Source: Eledone cirrhosa
Taxonomy: Eukaryota
NCBI GenBank assembly: GCA_964016885.1
Contig: OZ024763.1
Location: 28,830,001-28,894,000, forward strand
Direction: 5' to 3'
DNA: 64,000 nucleotides
The notes under the pieces are model-generated. The model was not told the DNA's origin. It saw nothing but the letters and a program-made list of their open reading frames with translations, and did not search any database. A program made the position numbers and the translations under genes. Positions 1 through 11,206 of this stretch are shown here, in pieces. How positions within the stretch are numbered: the stretch's first letter is position 1; every line of letters starts with the position of its first letter.

Positions 1-330
<330 letters not shown>

Positions 331-475
331 TACTTCTTCATTCCTCCTCTTCCTCACCCCCACCTCCTCCTCCACCCCATCCCTCCCTTCCTCCTTTCTA
401 CCCATGTTTGTGACTGTATCGATGTTCTAACGTCTTTTGTCTCTTCATTGACTGTCTTCTTGTTTCATCTTCCAG

Positions 476-578
476 ATTTACCACCTTGCATAATATTCTG
501 CTGACACAGAGACCCAACCAACAATTTGAAGGAGAAGAAGACACTGAAGGAGAAGTTATCAACCCCAGCATATTACAG
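476..578 (+). CDS. Probable internal coding exon of an unidentified host gene (FTTLHNILLTQRPNQQFEGEEDTEGEVINPSILQ)
   Basis: Pyrimidine-rich acceptor ...cttcttgtttcatcttccAG (AG 474-475), donor CAG|GTACAT at 579, open frame ending in phase 0, compatible with the exon at 4920. Confidence 0.55.
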
Positions 579-659
579 GTACATTTTTTTAAAGTTTACC
601 TCGAGTGTATGTGGACTGACAACGTATTCTTGGAACAACTGCAACAAAATAAATATGAA

Positions 660-2130
660 ATTTACAGCTCACACTTTTACAGGTTTATAGCTGGCCCCCA
701 ACATGGTTGCAAATCATAAGGAGTTTCTTTGGTGTTTTAATTATAGGGGACTTAGTCTATTATTGTTGTTACATGCTCACATTTATGCAAGTTTACCTGG
801 CCCCCAACATGGCTGCAAATCATAGGGAGTTTCTTCGGTGTTTTAATTATAGGGGACTTAGTCTATTATTGTTGTTACAGTTTAGCTGGCCCCCAACATG
901 GCTGCAAATCATAGGGAGTTTCTTCGGTGTTTTAATTATAGGGGACTTAGTCTATTATTGTTGTTACAGCTCACACTTATGCATGTTTAGCTGGTCCCCA
1001 ACATGGTTGCAAATCATAGGGAGTTTCTTCGGTGTTTTAATTATTGGAGCCCCAGCCTTAACTTATTGTTGTGACAACTAACACCTGGGCAGATTTAGTT
1101 GGCCTCCTACGTGGCTGCATCTCGTAAAATTTTTCTCGCGTGTTTTAATGATAGGGTCCTGTAACATCTCTCACCTATGCAGTATAGGTGGCCGCCTACG
1201 TGGTTGTATCGTAAGATGTTTTCTCGTGTGTATTAATGATAGGCTTGCCAGCCCTATCATCTTGTTACAGCTCTCAACTATGCACATCATCATCATCACT
1301 CGTCGACTACTGTCGAGATGATGGATCTCACTCTCATGCCCCAGAATCCCCTGTGCCCCATCGCTGCCCCCAGGTCCTGTCTGCTGATTCCCGTATCCCT
1401 AGAGATAACGTCAGGGAATGACAGCTTCCTACTCCTAGTCAGGCTGGAGTCAGGGTTCCAGAGCAAGAGAGCGGATATGATTTCATTGCTGGCACGGTGA
1501 CAGTGGCCAGCAAATTGAGCTCTCCGGGATTTTAGAAGGGCAGAGGCTCGAGGGAGTTTGCCATAGATTTTAGACAAGGTGGGATGTCGTTTCCAGGATA
1601 GGTTTTGCACTCTCATTAAGAGGCGGGTATATGTGCCATCCAATCTCCTCTCAAGTTGTGATGTTAGTGTCCAAGTTTCGGATCCATAAAGTAATATGGG
1701 CTTAATGGTTGCTTGGAGTATTTCCAGTTTTAGCTTGTGCAGATTTAGCTGGCCACATAAGAAGTTCTTCGAGAGTTTTATTTACTAATATGGTCCCCAA
1801 TCCTATCATGCTATGCAGGTTTAGCTAATCTTTAAGGAGGTTTCTCGAGTGTTTTTCATAATAGAGTACCCCAGTCCTGTCATGCTGTTACAGCTCTGCG
1901 CCATGCAGATTTAGCCGGCCTCATAGGTTGTTTCTCGAGAGTTTTAATAATAGGGTCCCCCAGTCCTATCATGCTGTTACAGCTCTGCGCCTTGCAGGTT
2001 TAGCCGGCATCATAGGTTGTTTCTCGAGAGTTTTAATAATAGGGTCCCCCAGTCCTATCATGATGTTACAGTTCTGCACCATGCAGGTTTAGCGGGCCTT
2101 CCATGAGTTTTCTCGTGTGTTTTAATGGTG
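660..2130. repeat. Degenerate ~80-110 bp minisatellite, interrupted by an RTE fragment
   Basis: Recurrent gtttagctggcccccaacatggctgcaaatcatagggagtttcttcggtgttttaattatagggg...gttacagctc units at 660-1284 and 1737-2130. Confidence 0.85.
1285..1736 (-). mobile_element. 5'-truncated RTE-clade LINE 3' end with (TGA)n tail
   Basis: Minus-strand translation ILLYGSETWTLT...RRLDGTYTRLLMRV...RRAQFAGHCHR...LLLWNP matches the RTE post-RT C-terminal region; stop followed by tgatgatgatg. Confidence 0.88.
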
Positions 2131-2287
2131 GACGTTCAGGAATTGAAGCCAGGAACTTGTGATTGTGAGTCCAACCCTTTAACCACGAAACCAGGTGTCT
2201 TCACAATGTATTTTCGTTGACGCTCTAACCATTTGGCTAATAATATAACAAACTGTTATAACGGGTAGGAAGTTAGAAAGATATTTC

Positions 2288-2647
2288 GTGACTGTCTATC
2301 TGTATGTATGTATGTATGTATGTATGTATGTATGTATGTATGTATGTATGTATGTATGTATGTATGTATGTATGTATGTATGTATGTATGTATGTATGTC
2401 TGTCTGTCTGCCGTTTTACCTGTCTATGTCTCTGTCTATCTGTCTGCCTGCCTGCTTGTCTGCCTGTATGTATGTCTGTCTGGCTGCCTGCTTGTGTGTC
2501 TGTCTGTTTGCCTGCTGTCTGACTGTCTGTCTACACATCTTGTTGCCTGTATGTATGTCTGTCTGATTGCCTGCTTATGTGTCTATTTGTCTGTCTGTCT
2601 GTCTATCTTTTTGTCTGTCTGTCTGTCTGCCTGCCTGTCTGCCTGTC
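2288..2647. repeat. (TATG)n followed by degenerate (TGTC/TGCC)n microsatellite
   Basis: Direct inspection. Confidence 0.95.
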
Positions 2648-2789
2648 ACTATGTCCGAATTTAACCCTACACAGGCCAGGAGATAAGTTATTATTCAATA
2701 TGAGCCAAGTGAAAGAAACTGGTGCAATGTTTACGTGGCGTCTTATCTGATGAAGCGGTGTCTTATCTGATGATTAGGATTAGTTTCGC

Positions 2790-3825
2790 CAACATCATCG
2801 TCACCGCCACCCACTGCCAGCACTAAGCATCCACCGTCACAACCAACAAAGACAAAAAAACACCAGCACTCAGCTCACAATAACACAATCACCACTACCA
2901 CCATCATCATCATCACCACAACCACTACATACAACCATCACCACCAACACCGTCACCACCACCACCACCACCACCACCACGATCCAGCATTATCACCTAC
3001 TACCCACACCACCACTAACCCACCCACTACCATCTTCACCAACATCTCTACCACTACCACCACCACCACCACCACCACCAAAACCAACACTACAACCAAT
3101 ACCAAAACTACAACCATCACCACCACCACCACCACCAACCCACCAACACCACCATTCCTATCAACCACAACTCCCTCCATCACCATCATCATCACAACCA
3201 ACACCACCACAACACCACCACCACCACTCCATCCATCATCTCAACCAACAACAACAACACCACCACCACAACCAAGACCACCACCACCACCACCAACACC
3301 ACCACCACTCCATCCATCATCATCTCAACCAACAATAACAACACCACCACCACAACCAAGACCACCACCACCACCGCCACCACCAACACCACCACCACTC
3401 CATCCATCATCATCTCAACCAACACCAACAACACCACCACCACAACCAAGACCACCAACACGCCAAGACCACCAACACCACCACCACTCCATCCATCATC
3501 ATCTCAACCAACAACACCAACAACACAACACCACACCACACCACCACCACAACACCACCACCACTCCATCCAACAACAACAGCAACAACAACACCAAACA
3601 CGGTTCTTCCATCTCACGCAAACACCGCATTTTATTATATTTGTGATAAGCATAACAAAGTTATGAATCAGAGAGATTAGGTTAAAAATACTAAATACCC
3701 CCCCCCCCCCCCACACACACACACACACTACACCCCATCACTACCCCCATCACTACATCATACCCCACCCCATCACTACACCGCACCCCCACCCCATCAC
3801 TACACCCCCCACCCCATCACTACAA
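2790..3825. repeat. Compound (CAC/CAA/CAT)n low-complexity tract with higher-order units, then a short cactacacccc minisatellite
   Basis: Repeated accaccactccatccatcatcatctcaaccaac units. Confidence 0.9.
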
Positions 3826-3839
3826 AAAACCCAAAGCTA

Positions 3840-4415
3840 TAATAATAGTTTCTTATTTAGGCACAAGGCCAGTAATTTGGGGGGAGGGGGAATCGATTAA
3901 ATCAACCCCAGTGAGTTACTGGTACTTTATTTTATCGACTTCGTTAAGATGAAAAGCAAAGTTAACCTCGGTGGGATTTGAATTCAGACCATAAAGGGCC
4001 GTAACTCTATACTGCCATTTTAATAATAAAAATAATAATTGTTTCTACTTTAGGCACAAGGCCACCATTTTTGCCAGTGCATTACTGGTACTTTATTTTA
4101 TCGACCTCGTAAGGATGAAGGGCAAAGTTAACATCGGTGGGATTTGAACTCAGAACGTAAAGCGAAATAACTCTATGCTGAAAGGCACGTTATCCATTGT
4201 TCTGCCGACTCAGCCAATCCAAAATAATTGTTTCTATTTTTGGCACAAGCCAAGCAATCACTCAGTACATTACTGGTACTTTATTTTATCGACCCCCGTA
4301 AGGATGAAAGGCAAAGTTAGCCTCGGCGGGATTTGAACTCAGAGTGGCAAGGGCCGTAACTCTATGCGTCAAAGCATGGCATCCGACACTCTACCGATAC
4401 TGCCAATCCACTCTC
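3840..4415 (-). mobile_element. Head-to-tail cluster of about three family-A tRNA-type SINEs
   Basis: Reverse complement of the SINE core (tactggtactttattttatcgacccc...gatgaaaggcaaag...gatttgaactcag) three times. Confidence 0.85.
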
Positions 4416-4689
4416 CGAAATAATATAAGCTTGAAAGACAACACGATGGCGACTAAAGGATTGATTTGCGACAGTTGCTGATTTTTGTATTTTTCCTCCA
4501 TCAGTGAAAATATGTTTCTGATAATAATCTATCGTTATATGGAAGTCGTTTAACTAAATCTTTCCTAACACGCTGAACACTTATCGATTAGTTTATCCGG
4601 GAAAAACTATGAAGGACATCCATCTATCTATTCCCTTTTTATCCCTCTCCTTCTCATCACCATCATCATCATCATTATTATTAGTATCA

Positions 4690-4875
4690 AGGGCGGTGGA
4701 TTGGCAGTATCGGTAGAGGGTCGGACGCCATGCTTTCCAGCACAGTTACGTCCCTTTACGATCTGTGTTCAAATCCCGCCGAGGTTGACTTTGCCTTTCA
4801 TCCTTACGGGGTCGATCAAATAAAGTACCAGTAATGCACTGGGTAATTGCTGGCCTTGTGCCTAAAGTAGAAACA
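4690..4875 (+). mobile_element. Full-length family-A SINE (~190 bp) with 16 bp TSD
   Basis: A-box-like TGGCAGTATCGG, B-box GTTCAAATCC, core GCCTTTCATCCTTACGGGGTCGAT..AAATAAAGTACCAG; TSD ATTATTATTAGTATCA at 4674-4689 and 4876-4891. Confidence 0.92.
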
Positions 4876-4919
4876 ATTATTATTAGTATCATTGTTATTA
4901 TGTTTCATATATTTTACAG

Positions 4920-5012
4920 GTTGAGGAAGACCAGGAGACTGTTGTAACAGGATTAGACAAGAGGGTGGAGAGAGAGAGAAGACTAAACGTAAAGAAGAGA
5001 GAAGAAGAGTGA
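4920..5012 (+). CDS. Probable terminal coding exon (VEEDQETVVTGLDKRVERERRLNVKKREEE*)
   Basis: Acceptor tttcatatattttacAG (AG 4918-4919), phase 0 matching exon 476-578, TGA stop at 5010-5012, AATAAA signals at ~5062 and ~5071. Confidence 0.55.
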   Translation, partial: VEEDQETVVTGLDKRVERERRLNVKKREEE

Positions 5013-5211
5013 GAGAAGAGAAAGGAAGAAGAGAAAGGAAGAAGAGAAGAACCCAAAATAGAATAAATAGAATAAATCTAGAACAAACACACAAACAACA
5101 ACTACAAATAAATCCAAGCTCTGTCAGAAATCTTCGGAAATAAATGCTGAAATATTGTGAGTTGGATTCCCGGCAGTAACGTTGTTGAATGCTATTTCAT
5201 TTCAATTTTAC

Positions 5212-5252
5212 CACACACACGCACGCATACACGCACACACACACGCACACAC

Positions 5253-5341
<89 letters not shown>

Positions 5342-5372
5342 GATAGATAGATTCATGTAGATAGATAGATAT
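5212..5372. repeat. (CA)n plus (GATA)n microsatellite
   Basis: Direct inspection. Confidence 0.95.
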
Positions 5373-5491
5373 AAATGTAATCTGAATTTTTCGAATATTA
5401 ATAATAATATTCGATTCGTTTGCAATTATGCAAACAACCTCTTTTAAGCCATGTCAGTAGAATGAGCCCCTCATTCTTGCTCTTGTGTTGT

Positions 5492-5708
5492 GTCGGGTGG
5501 TTCAGGATTGGTAGAGTAGCTGAATGAACCCTGGCTGGTCATCACCCCTATTGGGGAATTTTCCTTGTTGTATTTTTATTGTTATTTTGTTATTGTTATT
5601 TTGTTATTGTTATTTATATTGTTTACACGTTGTATATGTAAACTCCCACTGTCCCAGTCTTTTGTTTTGTCCCCTATATGTCGGCCCTTGTGGCAAATAA
5701 ATGAAATC
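5492..5708 (+). mobile_element. 5'-truncated copy (3'UTR only) of the Tx1 family at 10997-16852
   Basis: Aligns by eye to ~16618-16825, ending tcccctatatgtcggcccttgtggcaaataaatgaaatc(ATT)n. Confidence 0.9.
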
Positions 5709-5726
5709 ATTATTATTAACTATCAT

Positions 5727-5912
5727 AAGGGCGGTGGATTGGCAGTATCGGTAGAGGTTCGGACGCCATGCTTTCCAGCATAGTTACGTCCCTTTACCAT
5801 CTGAGTTCAAATCCCGCCGAGGTTGACTTTGCCTTTCATCCTTACGGGGTCGATAAAATAAAGTACCAGTAATGCACTGGTAATTGCTGGCCTTGTGCCT
5901 AAAGTAGAAACA
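5727..5912 (+). mobile_element. Full-length family-A SINE with 18 bp TSD
   Basis: TSD ATTATTATTAACTATCAT at 5709-5726 and 5913-5930. Confidence 0.92.
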
Positions 5913-6409
5913 ATTATTATTAACTATCATTAACTTTATATAAAATAAAGTACCAGTAATGCACTGGGTAATTGATGGCCTTGTGCCAAAAGTAGAAACA
6001 ATTATTATTAACTATTACTATGGTTATTCTTGGAGAATACGTTTAATCTTTTCATAGGAAGTAAACTAAAAAAAATAATAATAATAAAAATGTATTAAAT
6101 TAAAAAAAAAATGAATTATCATTAATTAATAAAATTAACACTAAAAAGAAATACATATAATAATAAAAAATGCTACAACCCAAAGGAAAACTTTTCAGAA
6201 GAACAAAAAAAAAACGATATAGCAATTGAAGTATCTTAAAAGAAGATTTATAGAACAAGAAAACGGTGCTTAAGTATTAATGGATTCGTAGGGACGCCGC
6301 TGTGGAAAATGGTGTGACGTGGTGTGTATTATAAAGTAAGTTGGATGAGTTCCTCCCCCCTCTCTTATATCTGAATAAAGTTGATTTCTTGTTCTTAGTA
6401 ATCGTCGTC

Positions 6410-7013
6410 GTTGTTTTCTTCTTCTTTTTCTTTTTCTTTTTAATTTTATTTTTATTTTTATTTTTATTTTTATTTTTATTTTTCTTCTTCTTCTTCTTCT
6501 TCTTCTTCTTCTTCTTCTTCTTCTTCTTCTTCTTCTTTGCCTTCTTCTTCTTCTTTGCCTTCTTCTTCTTCTTTGCCTTCTTCAAAGCATGCGCATTCCT
6601 CCCTCTTAAAAATTCACACCACTCCTCACGCACACACCGACACACACGCCGTGTCTCCGACTTTCATCCCCATCAACCCCTTCCATCCCTCTCCCTACCA
6701 CCCTTCCTCCTCCCTCCTACACCACCCACCCTCCCCTACTCCCTACTCCTCACCCCATCCACGACACCAATATAAACAGCTGTCGTAACGACATGGAAAA
6801 CCAAACGCCTCCATCACGCAATTCAAAAAGACTATCATCTTGAGAAAAGCCGAGTCAAACCAAGTGGATAAATAAAGTATAACATATTTATTTAAAACAT
6901 TTCTCTTCCTCTCTCTCTCACTCTGCCCCCCCCCCCCCTCTCACTCAGCTCCCTCTCTCTCTCTCTCTATCTGCCCCCCCCCCCCACACTCTCTCTCTGC
7001 CCCCCCCCCCACA

Positions 7014-7055
<42 letters not shown>

Positions 7056-7204
7056 CGTTCTCTCTCTCTCTACTATCTATCCTATCGCTTCATCTAGTTG
7101 TCTATCTTTCGCTCTTTCTTTCTCTCTTCACCCCCCCCTATATCTCTTCACCTCGCCCCCTCCTCTCTCTCTCTCTCTGTATATATATATATATACACAC
7201 GCAC

Positions 7205-7240
<36 letters not shown>

Positions 7241-7284
7241 CTTCATGTCTCTCGATTACTCTTTCTCTCTCTCTCTCTCGCTCT

Positions 7285-7321
<37 letters not shown>

Positions 7322-7540
7322 TTCATCTCTCTCTCTCTCGTTTTCTCTTTCTCTCTCTCGCTCTGTACATATGTCTATTGATCCATCTCTCTCTCTTTCT
7401 CTTGCTCTCCCTCTTTCTCTCTCTCTCTCTCACTGCAGTTGTGTATGTATCTCTGCATTGTGTGTGTTTGTGTGTGTCCATGCATGTACGTACATGAACA
7501 CACATGTATGTGTTTGCACGCATGCATGTGTATGTGTGAA
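6410..7540. repeat. Low-complexity block: (TTTTTA)n, (TTC)n, (CT)n, (TA)n, (TG)n
   Basis: Direct inspection. Confidence 0.9.
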
Positions 7541-7756
7541 TTCGTCAACCACTAAATCCTTCTGTACGAAATCAATAAAGGAATAAAATGGAATACAAAA
7601 GAATCATAGAATCATGGAATGACAGAATATATTGGAATCATGGAATCACCGGAATCACGGAATCGAGTGAACAGTATTAATGGTTTTTGATTTAGACACA
7701 AGGCCAATAATTCTATTTATCGGAGTGGAAACATTCGATTATAACGATCCTAGTAA

Positions 7757-7900
7757 GGCGTATGGCTTCGTGGTTAAAGAGTTGAATCCTGGATTCGTAT
7801 CCGTGAGGTTGTGAGTTCGAGACCCGAGTTGGGTTATGCGTTGTGTCCTTGAGCAAGACACTTTATTTCATGTTGTTTCTTTCAGACAGGAGTTGCGACC
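7757..7900 (+). mobile_element. Family-B tRNA-derived SINE, degenerate
   Basis: A-box TGGCTTCGTGG, B-box GAGTTCGAGAC, then TTGTGTCCTTGAGCAAGACACTTTATTTCA; related copies at ~9685-9920 (-), 55180-55411 (-), 59320-59450 (-). Confidence 0.75.
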
Positions 7901-8004
7901 GATAGATTATATAAACAATTGGAGAAAAGATGAACGGAAACATTGGTTCCTTGGTACGATTTGACAAGTTGCACCTCACTCGAATATACAGGTTGTCCCA
8001 AAAA

Positions 8005-9540
8005 ATGCTAGAAAGCATGGCGTCCGATCCTCTACCGATACTGCTAATCCACAAATAATTGTTTCTACTTTTGGCACAAGGCCAGCAATTACCCCAGTGC
8101 ATTACTGGTATTTTATTTTATCGACCCCGTAAGGATGAAAAGCAAATTTAACTTCGGCAGGATTCGAACTCAGAACCCAAAGGTCCATAACTCTATGCTG
8201 CAAATTATAGTGTCTGACGCTCTACCTATAATGTCAATCCACAGAAGGCCAACAGAAGGCCAGCAGTTTTAGTTGGAATCGAAATACAATTAAATTGTTG
8301 TTGGGTTAAATAGCCCTACAGCCCGCAACAGGTGGTAAGTACGGTTACTCTCTCTCTGCCATCACCAAAACCAAATTAAAAGATGGTTGAGGTCAACTAG
8401 GGAGGGGTTCATCCAACATGACTGAGAAGGCCCAGGATTACATTGGACTTTTTTTTTATAGACCATGGAAGATTGGAGGATAAAGCTGACGTTGGTAAGG
8501 TTTGAACTCAGGGCATAAAGAGCTAGAAATAATACCGCAAAGGTATTTTCTCCGACGCTCTACTAATTCTCACAATACACCACCACCCCTTAATGGTTTT
8601 TGATGTAGGCAACAATTTTTGCGAGGAGGGGAAAGTCGACTAAATCAACCCCCGTGCATTACTGGTACTTTATTTTAACGACCCTGTAAGGATGAAAGGC
8701 AAGGTTAACCTCGGCAGGATTTGAACTTAGAACGTAAAGGGACGTAACTATATTACGCAAAACATGTTGTCCAACGCTCTACCGATACCGTCAATCCACT
8801 ACCTTACACCCCTCTCCATAAATCGACTCATCCTCAGTATTTAAACCACCCCTCCATAATAATTGTTTCTACCTTAGGCACAAGACCAGCAATTTTGTAA
8901 GGGAGGGGAAAGTCGATTAAAATGATCCCAGTACATTACTGGTACTTTATTTTAACGACGCCCGTAAGGATGAAAGGCAAAGCTAACCACGGCAAGATTT
9001 GAACTTAGAACACAAAGTATGTTGTCCGACGCTCTATTAATTCTGCCAAGCCACCACCCCTTCCATAAATCGGCTCATCTCCAGTACATAACTGGTACTT
9101 CATACCACCGACCCCTGTAAGGATGAAAGGCAAAGCTAACCTCGGCGGGATTTGAACTCAGAACGTATAGGAGCGTAACTCTTACACAAAGCATCTTGTC
9201 CGATGCTCTACCGCTAATCTACTACCCGGCACCCCTCTCCATAAATCGACTCATCCACTATTTAAACCACCGCCTTCATAATAGTTATTCTTATTTAACA
9301 TTGGCACAAGGCCAGTAAGTTGGGTGAGGCAGAGAGCTGTTTATATCGACCTACCCTCAGTACATAACTGGTACCTTAAGCTATCGACACCGGGAAGAAT
9401 GAACGACAAAGTTGACCTCAGCAGGATTTGAACCTAGGACAGAAAAAGCCGGAACAAATATCAGAGACCATTTCCCGACGCTCTACAGATTCTCTCTAAT
9501 GAAAGGTTTCTAATTTAGGCACAAGGCCAGCAATTATAGT
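8005..9540 (-). mobile_element. Array of degenerate family-A SINE copies
   Basis: At least six reverse-complement SINE cores. Confidence 0.85.
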
Positions 9541-10454
9541 GAGGTTAAATTGAAATGAAATAGCATTCATCAACGTTACCTTCGGGAATAGAACTCCCAA
9601 CCTTACGATTGTAAATCGAACACCCTTATTGTGTAATAGCAGCTGAATGTTTAAAAAAAAATTCGCTTCACAATCATGAAATTACGGTGCAAGTGGCTGA
9701 GCACACCATAGACACGTACACCGTTAACGTAATTCTCAGGGAGATTCAGTGATAGTAATACGGTGTGTGACAAACCTGACCCTTTCAATTACAGACACAA
9801 CACAACAGAACACATTTTGTTTATCCCCAGACGAGCGGGCCATAGAAACGTAAAATAAAACAGCATTTGTCAAGGACATAATACAGCACCGGGATTCGAA
9901 CTCACGACCCTTCGATATCAATCGATATCAATCGAACGACCCTTATTATATATCAGTTTAGAAGCCCGTCTGATTGACAGTATTTTTAAATCAAATGACC
10001 AGAATTGGAACACAGTCACGCTGATCAAACATTTTTAGGGGAGGGAAAAACTGATTAAATTGATCTCAGTGTATTACTGGTACTTTATTTTAATGACCCC
10101 CGTAATGATGAAAGGCAAAGTTGACCTCGGCAGGATTTGAACTCATAACGTATAGGACCGCAACAATATGCTGGACGTTCTACCAATACTATAAATCGAC
10201 AACGCCACACCAACCCTTCCATAAATGGACTCAGTGTGACGCTGACTCTCCCTGAGTGATAATTTAAAGTACACAATACTCCGACACTTGCAACAAATAT
10301 TGAAGAAGAATGACGCTCCGGCTATGTTTATCTAATATAATTCTTTATTAAGATATTAGAGTGTGATTTGTGCCAAAAGTAGAAACAATTATTTCTAGCA
10401 CTTCTTGTGATCAAATCAGAAATTATTACTATTATTTTTATTATTACCATACAT

Positions 10455-10996
10455 TAGAGTTACCTCCCTTTATGATCTGAGTTCAAATCCCGCCGAGGTT
10501 AACGTTGCCTTTCATCCTTACGAGGTCGATAAAATAAAGTACCAGTAATGCACTTGGATAATTGCTGGCCTTGTGTCAAAAGTAGAAACAATTATGGATT
10601 AACAGGATCGGTAGTGCGTCGGACATGTTTTGCAGCATAGAGATACGTCCCTTTACTTCCGAGTTCAAATTGATAAAATAAAGTACCAGTAACGGACTCG
10701 GGTCGATTTATTTGACAATCAAAAATTATTATTTGGCAGTTCAGTAGAGCGTCGGGCAACATATTTTGCGGCATAGAGATACGTCCCTTTACTTCGGAGT
10801 TCAAAGTTTAAATGCTGTCGAAGTTCGATTTTTCTTTCATCCATAGGGATGTCGATAGGGGTGGTTGATAAAATAAAGTACCAGTAATGCAGTGAGGTCG
10901 ATTTATCAACTCAACCTCCCCCCCCCCCCCAAAAAAAAAAGATTGTTTGGCCGTGTGCCAAAATCAGAAACGATTATTATTATTATTATTATTATT
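10455..10996 (+). mobile_element. Family-A SINE fragments ending in the (ATT)8 tract that precedes the Tx1 element
   Basis: SINE cores and tail ggccgtgtgccaaaatcagaaacg(ATT)8. Confidence 0.8.
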
Positions 10997-11206
10997 GACG
11001 AAAGTGGATGTACGTTTTTTGAAGCTCCGTGAGTAAGCAATTTTTGAGGATTAATTGTAGAGAATTGTTTATTTTTTGTACCGCTGAAGCATTATAAGAC
11101 ATTAATTTGTATCCTGTGAAGGAATAACTCATAATATTTGGGCCTTTTGGCCCAAATATTTGAACTTTATTTTGAAAAAAATAATAATTTTTTTTCTCAA
11201 AAAAAC

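Noticed and set aside
2740-2790. Two CTGATGA motifs suggesting a hammerhead
   Set aside because: A 20 bp tandem duplication with no stem II or GAAA downstream
4690-4790. tRNA genes suggested by A and B boxes
   Set aside because: No cloverleaf; these are SINE heads
11138-11206. ORF1 start at 11138 in the ORF track
   Set aside because: It is a TTG; the eukaryotic start is the ATG at 11207
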